Positions 1 to 15,000 of a stretch of 64,000 bases of DNA are shown piece after piece. Numbering within the stretch: the stretch's first letter is position 1; each line of letters starts with the position of its first letter. Origin of the DNA: Leucoraja ocellata (taxonomy: Eukaryota). A program made the translations under genes and the position numbers. The DNA is taken from NCBI GenBank assembly GCA_036785375.1, contig JAWMAR010000864.1, positions 434,001 through 498,000 of the forward strand, given 5' to 3'. The notes beneath the pieces are model-generated. The model did not search any database, was not told the origin of the DNA, and saw only the letters and a list, made by a program, of their open reading frames with translations.

Positions 1-3000
1 CATTTCTAAATCAAAATTTTATTCGTGAACAAAAGACAAAGCATAATTTCCTGCGTTTCAACTGTTAATCCGGCAGAATATGGGTGGTGGAAGTGTCATA
101 AATGCAGTGAATAACCAAAGATTCCTGAAACAATTAAATGGAAACCCAAACTCACCCGTGACGATGGGCTGCACAGTGTAACCTGGAAGCAAAGAAAGAA
201 ACATAGGTAGTTTACAACCAACAGTATGAACTTTGAATTTTCCTATTTTAGGTAACTTCTAACAAAGCCCCCCCCCCCCCCCTTCTGTGCACCACCTGGA
301 TTCACACGTATTTCACCCCTCCTGTAAGTGAGGATGCCTTAGAATCATAGAGGCATACTGCGTGGGAAAAGGCCCTTCAGCCCCATTTGACCACACCAGC
401 CAACGTCCTAGCTAAATAGTCCCACCTGCCTATGTTTGATCCATACACCTCCAAACCAGTCCTATCGATGTACCTGTCGAACTTTGCGATAGTCCCTGCC
501 TCAACAACCTCTCCTGGCAGCTCGTTCCATACACTCACCACCCTTTGTATGAAAATTTGACCCCTCAGATTCCTATTAAATGTTTGCACCTTAAACCCAT
601 GTCCTCTGGTCCTCTATTCCCTTTCTCTGCACAAGAGACTCTGTGCATCTAACCAATCTATTCCTCTCATGATTTTCTACACCTCAATCAGATCACCCTC
701 ATCCTCTTGTGCTCCAAGGAATAGAGACCCAGCCTGCTCAAACTCTCCCTATAGCTCAGATCCTCGAATACTGGCAACATCCTTGTAATTATTCTCTGTA
801 CCCATTCCAGCTTGACAACATCTTTCCTATAACATGGTGAACATAATACCCTTAATGCGGCCTCACCAGCATCTTATATAACTCTAGCATGACCTCCCAA
901 CATCTATACTCGATACACTGCTGAAGTCCAATGTGCCAAAAGCCTTTTTGACCACCCTATCTACATGTGGCTCCTCCTTCATGGAATTATGTACCTGTAC
1001 TCCTAGATCCCCCTGGTCTATAACACTCCCAAGGGCCCTACCATTCACTGTGTAGGTCCTGCCCATGTTTGACTTTCCAAAATGTAACACCTCACACCTT
1101 GGTTCCATCAACCATTCCTCAGCCAACTTGGCCAGCTGATCAAGATCCTGCTGTAAGTTAGCACATTTTCACTACCTGCAATACCATCTGAAAACTTGTT
1201 AATCTTCCCATGTACATTGTCACCCAAATCATTTATATGGATGACAAACAGTAACAGGCCCAGCAGCAAACCCTGAGGCACATCACTGGTCACAGGCATC
1301 CATTCTAAGAAGCAACCTTCCACCATCACCCTTTGCTTCTTTCCATAAAGCCAATTTTCTATCCATTCAGCTACCTCTCCTTGGATCCCGTGCGATCTGA
1401 CCTTCCAAGGCAGCCTACCATGCAGAACCTTGTAGAATGCTTTGCTGAAGTCTATTTATACACATCTATAACTGTGCCCTCATCAACCCTTTTGGTCACA
1501 TCTTCAAAATCTCAATCGGATTCATGAGGCACAAAGTCCCATAAACAAAACCATGCTGACTTTCCCTAATCAGCCATTGCCCAACTAAATACATGTATAT
1601 TGTATCCCTCAGAATACTCTTCAGTAAATTTCCAACTACATGTGTTAAGCTCACAGGCCTATAGTCCCTGCCTTTGCTCTGCAGCCCTTTTTGAATCACG
1701 GATAGATCTGATCAGGCCCAGAAGATTTGACTGCCTTCATACACGATAATACCTTCAGCACTTCTTCAACTGCAATATTAACTTTAATGAATGACTTTAA
1801 GATTTGCTTTCCCAAAGTCCATCGGATATCATACCTGGTCGTACCGGATCTGAATATGTAATTACCAAACAATTTGACCCCAGGTCGACACCTACAATAT
1901 GTTGCGTGAATAACAATATGTACAGAAACACTGTGGAATATTTTGATAAGTACCGTCTACATAGAGGCTGTAGCGTTGCAGCGCGTATGGACCCAGTGAG
2001 GAACTGTTAATGGTCTTCTCTATAAATACATCGTAAACATCTTCACGGCTGATGGGTTCCATGGTGGACACGTTTTGGAATGAACAATTAGCTGTCACTC
2101 GGGTGCTGTGAACCATTACCTCACTGCAAAAACAGCAAAAGACATTTGTAGTAAGTGGAAACGAATTTGGTGCAAAGTTGTTTGCAGTGTTCGCAAGAGA
2201 ACAGCTGAAAATTTTCCGTGGCTGATTACAAGAGGAGAAGCAATGGTCAGAGATATCTAAATTTGTCCGTCTCCGCCACATCAGCTCCTCTAATGAGTCA
2301 TCCCATTTTAGGGCATCAGAGATGTCCACTTTCTTGATAAATGTGTATTAGCCTTGCTTGATTAAATGGGTCACTCCTCCACGTCATCTTCTAGATCTGT
2401 TCTCACATCACCCTCACCCAGATGACACAAGGACAGAGTTCATATCGTCCCTTGCTTTCACCACACCTCGTCCAGGTTTCTCACCCCTACTGCAATTTGT
2501 CTGAAAAGGGCCCGATCCAAAACTTTGTCTAGTCATTTGCTGTCTGTCCCGTTGAGATACTCCAGTATATTATGGGGTTTTTTTCTGATAGCATTTATAT
2601 TAACTTTGCATTGAAATGTGTGGGAAATTTGCTTATGAGACTTTTGGGTTTGCAACTTGGAAGCAGAGCATGAACAATTGGAAGTTAGACAAAAATGCTG
2701 GAGGATCTCAGCGGGTGAGGCAGCATCTATGGAGAGAAGGAATAGGCAACGTTTCGGGTTGAGACAAAGGAATTTTGCGTAGCATAATAGAAAAGTTACT
2801 CTAGTTACCTGAATGATTCCACAACACACTTTAATAATGTTGCATTGATACTGCTGTTATTGAACAGGTCCGTGAGCTGTGGGCATTAAGAAAAATTGTG
2901 TCAGAATGAGAGGTGAAAAAGGAAGGATGAAGTCATATATCAGCAGGGAAGTATCTTGTACAAATCTCTCACCTCAGCTGCAATCATGGTTGCTGTATCT

Positions 3001-6000
3001 GAAGGGTTTGCTTGAATTTCTTCAATAGACAGACTGTCAACAATGAATGTCACGTTGTACTCAATGGGATTTATTACCTCGATTGGAACTGGAACTGTGG
3101 TAATAGAGTAAGCAATTCAACATTTGAAATCAGAGATTACATTTCATTTGTGCTCAGTTTGTTGTGAAGTGGTCTAGGTCATGCTGAGGTTGTGCAATGC
3201 TTTTTGTTATTTTGATTATTTTTTTTACAATCATAAGGGGAAAACAAACTGCTGTTATAACCTAGCATTCCAGCAGTATCTGAGAAGGGAATTGACAGTT
3301 GACAGTCAATTTCAGATCTGAAATGTTGTCTATCCATTTCCTTCCGCGGGTATTGCCGGACTTATTGAGTGCCTCCAGTATTTTGTTGTTCGCTCCAGTT
3401 TCCAGCATCTGTAACCTCTTATGTCTCCCCTTTGGAATCAAAGCCTCTACTTTTCCTTCTTCATCCACAATTTCCCTTCAATTATAATGAAAGCTATAAA
3501 ATATCATACTGGGAGATCCAATCCTGATCATCCACCACCTGACTCATTGTAGTGATAGTAGGCGGAGTACAGCCCAGTTTTGGTTTTATTTTGTGGTTCT
3601 TTGCGAATTATGTATGCTTTTAGTACTTGGAGATCTCCATATACTTGATGTGAGCAGAGCATGTAGCTGAATTACCTGGATTCTCTTGATTGTTTGGATT
3701 ATTTAGTTCAGGAACAATTTGTGGCTCTGTAAAGAAAAATTCGAAGAAACAATTGGAATAATGTTATTAAAAGCTATGAAATCATCATAAATTTGTACAA
3801 ACAGAAAATGCTCCAAACTAATTCAAGGATATGTGCCAAGACAATTGGAATTCAAATTTCTTGGATCTTATAGTACACCTGTTATATGTGTTTTGACCTT
3901 AATTTTTGTTATCTCGCTCTTTGTCAGCTGACCCAGTCATAAAATCTTTCGCCAAATAAATCACAACAATTTGCTTCTCAGGTTATTTTAATGTTTGTTT
4001 CTCTCTAAATGAAAGCAGTGGTGCAACATGGGAATTATTTGTCAAGGTCCACTGGTAAGACAGTTTTTCAAGTACAGGTGTCTAAAAGGCATTTGATTTA
4101 AGAAGTCATAAAAAAACATGTTCAACTTTGATGAAATTCTGCACAGTTTAAGCAACAGATGGAGAAGAACAAATATAACATGAGACAATTGTTTGATGAA
4201 TTGATACAAACTCACCATTGACATTGTGCTGTACAGTGAAATCTGAAAACAAACAAGGAAATATATGTAGGACCAATCCAATGGCATGAACTTTAAATTC
4301 TTCAAATTTAGTCAAACTTTAAAAACCCACCAACCACAGCAACACTGTGTCCGACTTGGGCTCGCACTTATTAAACTCCCCCCCTTGCCCTCCATCTACA
4401 TTCCTTCTGCTGGCATCAAATTTGCAACTTCAATCTTTTTCCCTCACACTTTATGTTTTTTCGTCATTCGCCTTCGTCCAACCTTCTGCGTATCTAAACT
4501 CCACCTCACCTGTGTCCACCTATTAATGACGTGCTTTGTACTGCCTCCCTTCTCTTCCAGCTTTCTTCTCCCCCCACCACCCCACAATCAGTTCGAAGAA
4601 GGATCTCGTGCTGAAGTGTCACCCATTCACGTTCTCCAGTGATGCTGCCTGACCCACTTTGTGCCTTCTAAAAAAACATGTAACTTTTTAATGGAGTTTT
4701 TTTTTGGGTCTACTTGAACATTTATCAGGAAGAAGACATTCTTATGAGTGGGTCATATCAGTGTGGCAGTGTGTTTGTGCAAAGGCAGACTCCGAAGAGC
4801 AAGACTGAATGATTTTAAGGTTTGCTTTCTCAGATCCCATTGGATATCATGCCTGGCTGTCACTGGTCTAAATATGTAAATACCTAAGAACTTGTCTATA
4901 AATCAATAGTTACCGTAGATTGGACAAATACAATATGAAGAAAAACACCAAAGAATATTTTGATAAGTACCGTCTACATAGAGGCTGTTGCTTTGCAGTT
5001 CGTATGAACCCAGTGAGAAAATGCCATCGGTCATCTCGCTAAATTCAGCATAAACAACTTCTCGGTTGATGGGTTCCATGGTGGACACATTTTGGAATGA
5101 ACAATTAGCTGTCACTCTGGTGCTGTGAACCATTTCCTCTCTGCGAAAAAGCAAAAGACATTTGTGATGTGCAAAATAATTTAATGCAAAGTTGTTTGCA
5201 ATGCCAGCAAGTGCACAGCTGAAATGTTGCCATGGCCCATTACTGGTGTCTAAGCAATGGGTTGAGAAATCTGATTCTCAATTTGTCCGTCTCCAGCCCA
5301 TCTTCAACTACGATGTGGCTTCCCATTCTATGGCATCAATTATGTCATATTAGCCTTATATATATGTAGCCTTATGATATATATTAGCCTTGGCTGTTTT
5401 AGATGGATCCCTCACCCAATTCACCCGAGATCTGCTCTCACACCACCCTCATCCAGACGGAACAAGGATAGAGTTCCCCCCATCCTCAGTTTACACCCCA
5501 CCTGTCACTAACACCACCTAATGCATTTGCTGCACCTTATGTGGTGTCTGATACGTTTGCAAGACCAAACAGTATCTAGGTGACTTTTTCGCCAAACATG
5601 TGCGGTCATCCAAGGTCTGCTGGAAATCCTGGTTCAAAAACAATTTAACTCCCTTTCCATTCCCAAACCAATCTGTCTGTACTGGGCGTCATCCATTGCA
5701 GAGTGAGGCCACACTCAAACTGGAGGAACAGCACCTCATATTTCGAAGAGTAGCTTAGAGCCTTATTTGTCTGTCTCACTTAAGCAATATTTTCGGTGAC
5801 TGCTGGCAACTGTCACAGTCATAGCAGGTCACCGAAAAACCGGCGGCTGGACCTCCCTACGACAAAACTTTGCCTCGCCAGCGTCTACAGAATTGCTGCC
5901 TGACTCACAAGGAGACTCTGGTACATTGTACCTTTTTTCTGGTAGAATTTATATTAATTCTACATGATATTTGTGGGAAATTTGCTTATTAATTTTTAAT

Positions 6001-9000
6001 TAAATTGAAATTAATGCGTTTGCAAATTGGAATTATTGAGCGTTATCAATTTTATCATTTAATAGGAAAGTTATTTTGAGTTACCTGAAGGATTCCACAA
6101 CACATGTCAAGAATGTAGCATAGATATTGCTATTTTCGAACAGTTCGGTGAGCTGAAAGCAATAACAATAATTGAGTCAGAATGCGAAATAAAAAGGGTA
6201 CGATGAAGTAAAACAACATCAGTGAATTAACTTGTAAATTCTCTCACCTCATTTGCAATCATGGTTGCTGTTTCTGAAGGGTTTGCTTGAATTTCTTCAA
6301 TAGACAGATTGTCAACAACGAAAGTCACGTTGTATTCAATGGGATTTCTTACCTCGGTTGGAACTGGAAGTGTGGAAATAGAGTAAGCAATTTAGCATGT
6401 TGTGAGAACCACGATTTTCAAATAGTTTAAAAACTGTTTCCCAGTACTGGATTTCTACAGAGTTTAAGCAACAGATGGAGAAGAACAAATGTAGCGTAAG
6501 ACAATTATTTCATGCATTTGATACAAACTCACCATTGACATTGTGCTGTACATTGAAATCTGAAAACAAACAGAGATATATAGGTTGAACTTTAAATGTT
6601 CAAGTTTAGGCAGCCTTTAAAAACCCACCAACCACAACAACAACTGGGCATGCACCTAGTAAACTCCTCCCCCTTGCCCTCCCTCTACATTCCTTTTTCT
6701 GGCTTCAAATTTGCAACTCTTCAATCCTTTTCCCTCACACATATGTTTTTTCGTCTCTGGCCTTTGTCCAACCTTCTGCGTATCTAAACTCCACCTCACC
6801 TGTGTCCACCTATTAATGACGTGCTTTGTACTGCCTCCCTTCTCTTACAGCTTTCTTCTCCCCCCACCACCCCACAATCAGTCTGAAGAAGGATTTTGAG
6901 CTGAAATGTCACCCATTCACGTTCTCCAGTGATGCTGCCTGACCCGCTGAGTTACTCTAGCACTTTGTTTCTTCTAAAAAAGCATGCAACTTTTTAATGG
7001 GGTATTTTTTTCCCTCTCCTTGAACATTTATCAGGAAGAAAACCCTTTTGTGAGTGGGTCATACCAGTGAGGCAGTGTGTTTGTGCAAAGGCAGGCTCCT
7101 AAGAGCAAGACTGTGAATGATTTTAAGGTTTGCTTTCTCAGATCCTATAGGATATCAGAGAGAGTTGATGTGGACAAGCTTTTCCCTTTGAGAATAGTGA
7201 AGATTCAAACAAGAGGACATGACTTCAGAATTAAGGAACAGAAGTTTAGGGGTAATATGAGGGGGAACTTCTTTACTCAGAGAGTGGTAGCGGTGTGGAA
7301 TGAGCTTCCAGTGGAAGTGGTGGAGGCAGGTTCATTGGTATCATTTAAAAATAAATTGGATAGGCATATGGATGAGAAGGGAATGGAGGGTTATGGTATG
7401 AGTGCAGGCAGGTGGGACTAAGGGGAAAAAAAAAATAATTTGTTCGGCACGGACTTGTAGGGCTGAGATGGCCTGTTTCCGTGCTGTAATTGTTATATAT
7501 ATCATGCCTGGTTGTCCCTGATCTAAATATGTAAATACCAAAGAACTTGTCTATAAATCAATAGTTACTGTAGATTGGACAAATACATTACGAAGAAAAA
7601 CACCAAGGAATATTTTGATAAGTACCATCTACATAGAGGCTGTTGCTTTGCAGTTCGTATGGCCCCAGTGAGGAAATGTCTTTGGTCATCTCGCTAAATT
7701 CATCATAAACATCTTCTCGGTTGATGGGTTCCATGGTGGACACATTTTGAAATAAACATTCAGCTGTCACTCTGGTGCTGTTAACCATTTCCTCTCTGCG
7801 ATAAAGCAAAAGACATTTGTGATAAGTGTAAAAGAATTTAGTGCAAAGTTGTTTGCAATGCCAGCAAGAGCACAGCTGAAATGTTGCCGTGGCTCATTAC
7901 TGGTGTCTAAGCAATGGTCAGAGAACTCCGACTCTCAATTTGTCCGTCTCCAGCCCATCTTCAACCACGATGTGGCTTCCCATTCTCGGGCATCCATGAT
8001 GTCGTCTTTCTAGTGTAAATATATATTAGCCTTGGCTGTTTTAGAAGGATCCCACACCCAAGTCTCCCTTAGATCTGGTCTCACACCACCCTCACCCAGA
8101 CGGAACAAGGATAGAGTTCCCCCCATCCTCAGTTTACACCCCAACGGTTACTAACACCACCTAATGCATTTGCTGCACCTTATGTGGTATCCTATACGTT
8201 GGCAAGACCAAACAGTATCTAGGTGACTTTTTCGCCAAACATGTGCAGTCATCCAAGGTCTGCTGGAAATCCTGGTTGAAAAACAATTTATCTCCCTTTC
8301 CATTCCCAAACCAATCTGTCTGTCCTGGGCCTCATCCATTGCAGAGTGAGGCCACACTCAAACTGGAGGAACAGCACCTCATATTTCGAAGAGTAGCTTA
8401 GATCCTTATGTATTTGTCCCGCTTAAGCGATATTTTCGGTGACTGCTGGCGACTGTCACAGGCGTAGCAGGTCACCGAAAACCCGGCAACTGGACCCCCC
8501 TACGACAAAACTTTGCCTCGCCAGCGTCTACAGAATTGCTGCCTGACTCACAAGGAGACTCTGGTACATTGTACCTTTTTTCTGGTAGAATTTATATTAA
8601 TTCTACATGATATTTGTGGGAAATTTGCTCATTAATTTTTAATTCAATTGAAATTAATGCGTTTGCAAATTGGAATTATTGAGCGTTATCAATTTTATCA
8701 TTTAATAGGAAAGTTATTTTGAGTTACCTGAAGGATTCCACAACACATGTCAAGAATGTAGCATTGACATTGCTATTTTCGAACAGTTCGGTGAGCTGAA
8801 AGCAGTAACAATAATTGAGTCAGAATGAGAAATAAAAAGGGTACGATGAAGTAAAACAACATCAGTGAATTAACTTGTAAATTCTCTCACCTCATTTGCA
8901 ATCATGGTTGCTGTTTTTGAAGGGTTTGCTTGAATTTCTTCAATAGACAGATTGTCAACAATGAAAGTCACGTTGTATTCAATGGGATTTCTTACCTCGG

Positions 9001-12000
9001 TTGGAACTGGAAGTGTGGAAATAGAAAAAGCAATTTAGCATGTTGTGAGAACCACGATTTTCAAATAGTTTAAAAACTGTTTCCCAGTACTGGATTTCTA
9101 CAGAGTTTAAGCAACAGATGGAGAAGAACAAATGTAGCTAAAGACAATTATTTCATGCATTTGATACAAACTCACCATTGACATTGTGCTGTACATTAAA
9201 ATCTGAAAACAAACAAAGAAATATGGGTTGAACTTTAAATGTTCAAGTTTAGGCAACCTTTAAAAACCCACCAACCACAACAACATCTGGGCATGCACCT
9301 AGTAAACTCCTCCCCCTTGCCCTCCGTCTACGTTCCTTTTCCTGGCCTCAAATTTGCAACTCTTCAATCCTTTTCCCTCACACTTTATGTTTTTTCGTCT
9401 CTGGCCTTTGTCCAATCTTCTGCATATCTAAACTCCACCTCACCTGTGTCCACCTATTAATGACGTGCTTTGTACTGCCTCCCTTCTCTTACAGCTTTCT
9501 TCTCTCCCCACCACCCCACAATCAGTCTGAAGAAGGATTTTGAGCTGAAATGTCACCCATTCACGTTCTCCAGTGATGCTGCCTGACCCGCTGTTACTCT
9601 AGCTCATTGTTTCTTCTAAAAAAGCATGCAACTTTTTAATGGGGTATTTTTTCCCTCTCCTTGAACATTTATCAGGAAGAAAACCCTTTTGTGAGTGGGT
9701 CATACCAGTGAGGCAGTGTGTTTGTGCAAAGGCAGGCTCCGAAGAGCAAGACTGTGAATGATTTTAAGGTTTGCTTTCTCAGATCTTATAGGATATAATG
9801 CCTGGTTGTCCCTGATCTAAATATGTAAATACCAAAGAACTTGTCTAAAAATCAATAGTTACCGTAGATTGGACAAATACAATACGAAGAAAAACACCAA
9901 GGAATATTTTGATAAGTACCGTCTACATAGAGGCTGTTGCTTTGCAGTTCGTATGGCCCCAGTGAGGAAATGTCTTTGGTCATCTCGCTAAATTCATCAT
10001 AAACATCTTCTCGGTTGATGGGTTCCATGGTGGACACATTTTGAAATAAACATTCAGCTGTCACTCTGGTGCTGTTAACCATTTCCTCTCTGCGATAAAG
10101 CAAAATACATTTGTGATAAGTGTAAAAGAATTTAGTGCAAAGTTGTTTGCAATGCCAGCAAGAGCACAGCTGAAATGTTGCTGTGGCTCATTACTGGTGT
10201 CTAAGCAATGGTTAGAGAAATCCGACTCAATTTGTCCGTCTCCAGCCCATCTTCAATCACGATGTGGCTTCCCATTCTCGGGCATCCATGATGTCGTCTT
10301 TCTAGTGTAAATGTATATTAGCCTTGGCTGTTTTAGAAGGATCCCTCACCCAAGTCTCCCTTAGATCTGCTCTCACACCACCCTCACCCAGACGGAACAA
10401 GGATAGAGTTCCCCCCATCCTCAGTTTACACCCCAACTGTTACTAACACCACCTAATGCATTTGCTGCACCTTATGTGGCATCCTCTACGTTGGCAAGAC
10501 CAAACAGTATCTAGATGACTTTTTCGCCAAACATGTGCAGTCATCCAAGGTCTGCAGGAAATCCTGGTTGAAAAACAATTTATCTCCCTTTCCATTCCCA
10601 AACCAATCTGTCTGTCCTGGGCCTCATCAATTGCAGAGTGAGGCCACACTCAAACTGGAGGAACAGCACCTCATATTTCGAAGAGTAGCTTAGATCTTTA
10701 TGTATTTGTCCCACTTAAGCGATATTTTCGGTGACTGCTGGCGACTGTCACAGGCGTAGCAGGTCACCGAAAAACCGGCAACTGGACTCCCCTACGACAA
10801 AACTTTGCCTCGCCAGCGTCTACAGAATTGCTGCCTGACTCACAACGAGACTCTGGTACATTGTACCTTTTTTCTGGTAGAATTTATATTAATTCTACAT
10901 GATATTTGTGGGAAATTTTCTCATTAATTTTTAATTAAATTGAAATTAATGCGTTTGCAAATTGGAATTAATGAGCGTTATCAATTTTATCATTTAATTG
11001 GAAAGTTATTTTGAGTTACCTGAAGGATTCCACAACACATGTCAAGAATGTAGCATTGACATTGCTATTTTCGAACAGTTCGGTGAGCTGAAAGCAGTAA
11101 CAATAATTGAGTCAGAATGAGAAATAAAAAGGGTGCGATGAAGTAAAACAACATCAGTGAATTAACTTGTAAATTCTCTCACCTCATTTGCAATCATGGT
11201 TGCTGTTTCTGAAGGGTTTGCTTGAATTTCTTCAATAGACAGATTGTCAACAATGAAAGTCACGTTGTATTCAATGGGATTTCTTACCTCAGTTGGAACT
11301 GGAAGTGTGGAAATAGAGTAAGCAATTTAGCATGTTGTGAGAACCACGATTTTCAAATAGTTTAAAAACTGTTTCCCAGTACTGGATTTCTACAGAGTTT
11401 AAGCAACAGATGGAGAAGAACAAATGTAGCTTAAGACAATTATTTCATGCATTTGATACAAACTCACCATTGACATTGTGCTGTACATTGAAATCTGAAA
11501 ACAAACAGAGAAATAAGGGTTGAACTTTAAATGTTCAAGTTTAGGCAACCTTTAAAAATCCACCAACCACAACAACAACTGGGCATGCACCTAGTAAACT
11601 CCTCCCGCTTGCCCTCCATCTACATTCCTAGTTCTGGCTTCAAATTTGCAACTCTTCAATCCTTTCCCCCAGACTTTATGTTTTTTCGTCTCTGGCCTTT
11701 GTCCAACTTTCTGCGTATCTAAACTCCACCTCACCTGTGTCCACCTATTAATGACGTGCTTTGTACTGCCTCCCTTCTCTTACAGCTTTCTTCTCCCCCC
11801 ACCACCCTACAATCTGCCTGAAAAAGGATTTTGAGCTGAAATGCCACCCATTCACGTTCTCCAGTGATGCTGCCTGACCCGCTGAGTTACTCTAGCACTT
11901 TATTTCTTCTAAAAAAGAATGCAACTTTTTAATCGGGTATTTTTTTCCTTCTCCTTGAATATTTATCAGGAAGAAAATCCTTTTGTGAGTGGGTCATACC

Positions 12001-15000
12001 AGTGAGGCAGTGTGTTTGTGCAAAGGCAGGCTCCGAAGAGCAAGACTGTGAATGAATTTAAGGTTTGCTTTCTCAGATCCTATAGGATATCATGCCTGGT
12101 TGTCCCCGATCTAAATATGTAAATACCAAAGAACTTGTCTATAAATCAATAGTTACTGTAGATTGGACAAATACAATATGATGAAAAACTCCAAAGAATA
12201 TTTTGATAAGTACCGTCTACATAGAGGCTGTTGCTTTGCAGTTCGTATGGCCCCAGCGATGAAATGTCTTTGGTCATCTCGCTAAATTCATCATAAACAT
12301 CTTCTCGGTTGATGGGTTCCATGGTGGACACATTTTGAAATAAACATTCAGCTGTCACTCTGGTGCTGTTAACCATTTCCTCTCTGCGATAAAGCAAAAG
12401 ACATTTGTGATAAGTGTATAAGAATTTAGTGCAAAGTTGTTTGCAATGCCAGCAAGAGCACAGCTGAAATGTTGCCGTGGCTCATTACTGGTGTCTAAGC
12501 AATGGTCAGAGAAATCTGACTCTCAATTTGTCCGATTCCAGCCATCTATAGCCAGAGGGAGACCATATTTAAGTTGGAGGAAAATCATCTCATTATCTGA
12601 TGTGTGGATTTGGAGCTTAACAATATGAATCATTATACGTGACAACCTACAAACTAACTGTATGAACAATGAGTTGTTCAATTTTACGTGTCAAACTACA
12701 AATGCCCTTCTACCCCACAATTTCCTCCCCACTCTTCCCTGTGCTACATTTAAATATGCACCCATTTTTCCCTTTTCCCTTCACCCCTTCCCTACCCCCA
12801 TTCTCCTCTTCCACTATGCTTCCTCAACTTTCATGATTAATTTGACTTCTATGCCTAACTTCCTATATTGAACCTTTTGTCTTCTCATCTCAGGATTTTC
12901 TGTAACCATTTGCCAATCAACTGCTCCCTCCCCATCACTTGTATCCCCGTATCACTTGCCACACTTTGTCATCCCCTTCCCACCTCTATTGCAGCTTTCT
13001 CACCCCTACTGCAATCAGTCTGAAGTAGGGCCCGACCGAAAACTCTGCCAACTCATGTTCTCCAGATTTGCCGACTGACCCACTGAGATACTCCAGCACA
13101 TCGTGTCTTATTCTGTTAGAATTTATATTGACTTCGCACTGATATTTGTAGGAAATGTGTTTATGAGATTATCATCTTTACCATTTGGAATCACTGTGCA
13201 TTAACAATTTGGAGACAAAGGAACGCAATTTTCATGATTTAATTGAACATTTTTTTGTGAGTTACCTGAATGATTTCACGTCACATTTTAAGAATGTTGC
13301 ATTGACACTGCTGTTCTCAAACAGGTCTGTGAGCTGGGGGCAAGAAAAATGGTGTTAGAATTAGACATAAAAAGGGGATGAATAAGTAGTATATCAGCAG
13401 AAAACTAATTGGTAAACTCTCTCACCTCATTTGCAATCATGGTTGTTGTTTCTGAAGGGTTTGCTTGAATTTCTTCAATAGACAGATTGTCAACAATGAA
13501 AGTCACGTTGTATTTAATGGGATTTGTTACTTCGGTTGGAACTGGAAGTGTGGAAATAGAGTAAGCAATTTAGCATGTTGTGAGTACCACGATTTTCAAA
13601 TAGTTTAAAAACTGTTTCCTAGTACTGGATTTCTACAGAGTTTAAGCAACAGATGGAGAAGAACAAATGTAGTGTTAGACAATTATTTCATGCATTTGAT
13701 ACAAACTCACCATTGACATTGTGCTGTACATTGAAATCTGAAAACAAACAGAGAAATATAAGTTGAACTTTAAATGTTCAAGTTTAGGCAACCTTTAAAA
13801 ACCCACCAACCACAACAACAACTGGGCATGCACCTAGTAAACTCCTCCCACTTGCCCTCCATCTACATTCCTTTTTTCTGGCTTCAAATTTGCAACTCTT
13901 CAATCCTTTACACCAGACTTTATGTTTTTTCATCTCTGGCCTTTGTCCAACCTTCTGCGTATCTAAACTCCACCTCACCTGTGCCCACCTATTAATGACG
14001 TGCTTTGTACTGCCTCCCTTCTCTTAAAGCTTTCTTCTCACCCCACAATCAGGCAGAAGAAGGATCCTGAGCTGAAATGTCACCCATTCACGTTCTCTAG
14101 TGATGCTGCCTGACTCGCTGAGTTACTCTAGCACTTTGTTTCTTCTAAAGAAGCATGCAACTCTTTAATCGGGTATTTTTTGCCTCTCCTTGAACATTTA
14201 TCAGGAAGAATACCCTTTTTTGAGTGGGTCATACCAGTGAGGCAGTGTGTTTGTGCAAAGGCAGGCTCCGAAGAGCAAGACTGTGAATGATTTTAAGGTT
14301 TGCTTTATCAGATCCTATAGGATATCATGCTTGGTTGTCCCTGATCTAAATATGTAAATACCTAAGAACTTGTCTATAAATCAATAGTTACCGTAGATTG
14401 GACAAATACAATATGAAGAAAAACACCAAAGAATATTTTGATAAGTACCGTCTACATAGAGGCTGTTGCTTTGCAGTTCGTATGGCCCCAGTGAGGAAAT
14501 GTCTTTGGTCATCTCGCTAAATTCATCATAAACATCTTCTCGGTTGATGGGTTCCATGGTGGACACATTTTGAAATAAACATTCAGCTGTCACTCTGGTG
14601 CTGTTAACCATTTCCTCTCTGCGATAAAGCAAAAGACATTTGTGATAAGTGTAAAATAATTTAGTGCAAAGTTGTTTGCATGCCAGCAAGAGCGCAGCTG
14701 AAATGTTGCCGTGGCTCATTACTGTTGTCTAAGCAATGGTCAGAGAAATACGACTCTCAATTTGTCCTATTCCAGCCCATCTATAGCCAGAGGGAAACCA
14801 TATTTAAGTTGGAGGAAAATCATCTCATTATCTGATGTGTGGATTTGGAGCTTAACAATATGAATCATTATATGTGACAACCTACAAACTAACTGTATGA
14901 ACAATGAGTTGTTCAATTTTACGTGTCAAACTACAAATGCCCTTCTACCCCACAATTTCCTCCCCCCTCTTCCCTGTGCTACATTTGAATATGCACCCAT

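Noticed and set aside
4860-4862. TGA as selenocysteine
   Set aside because: It aligns with Gly (GGA) in paralogous units, differs by a single base, and no SECIS element is evident.
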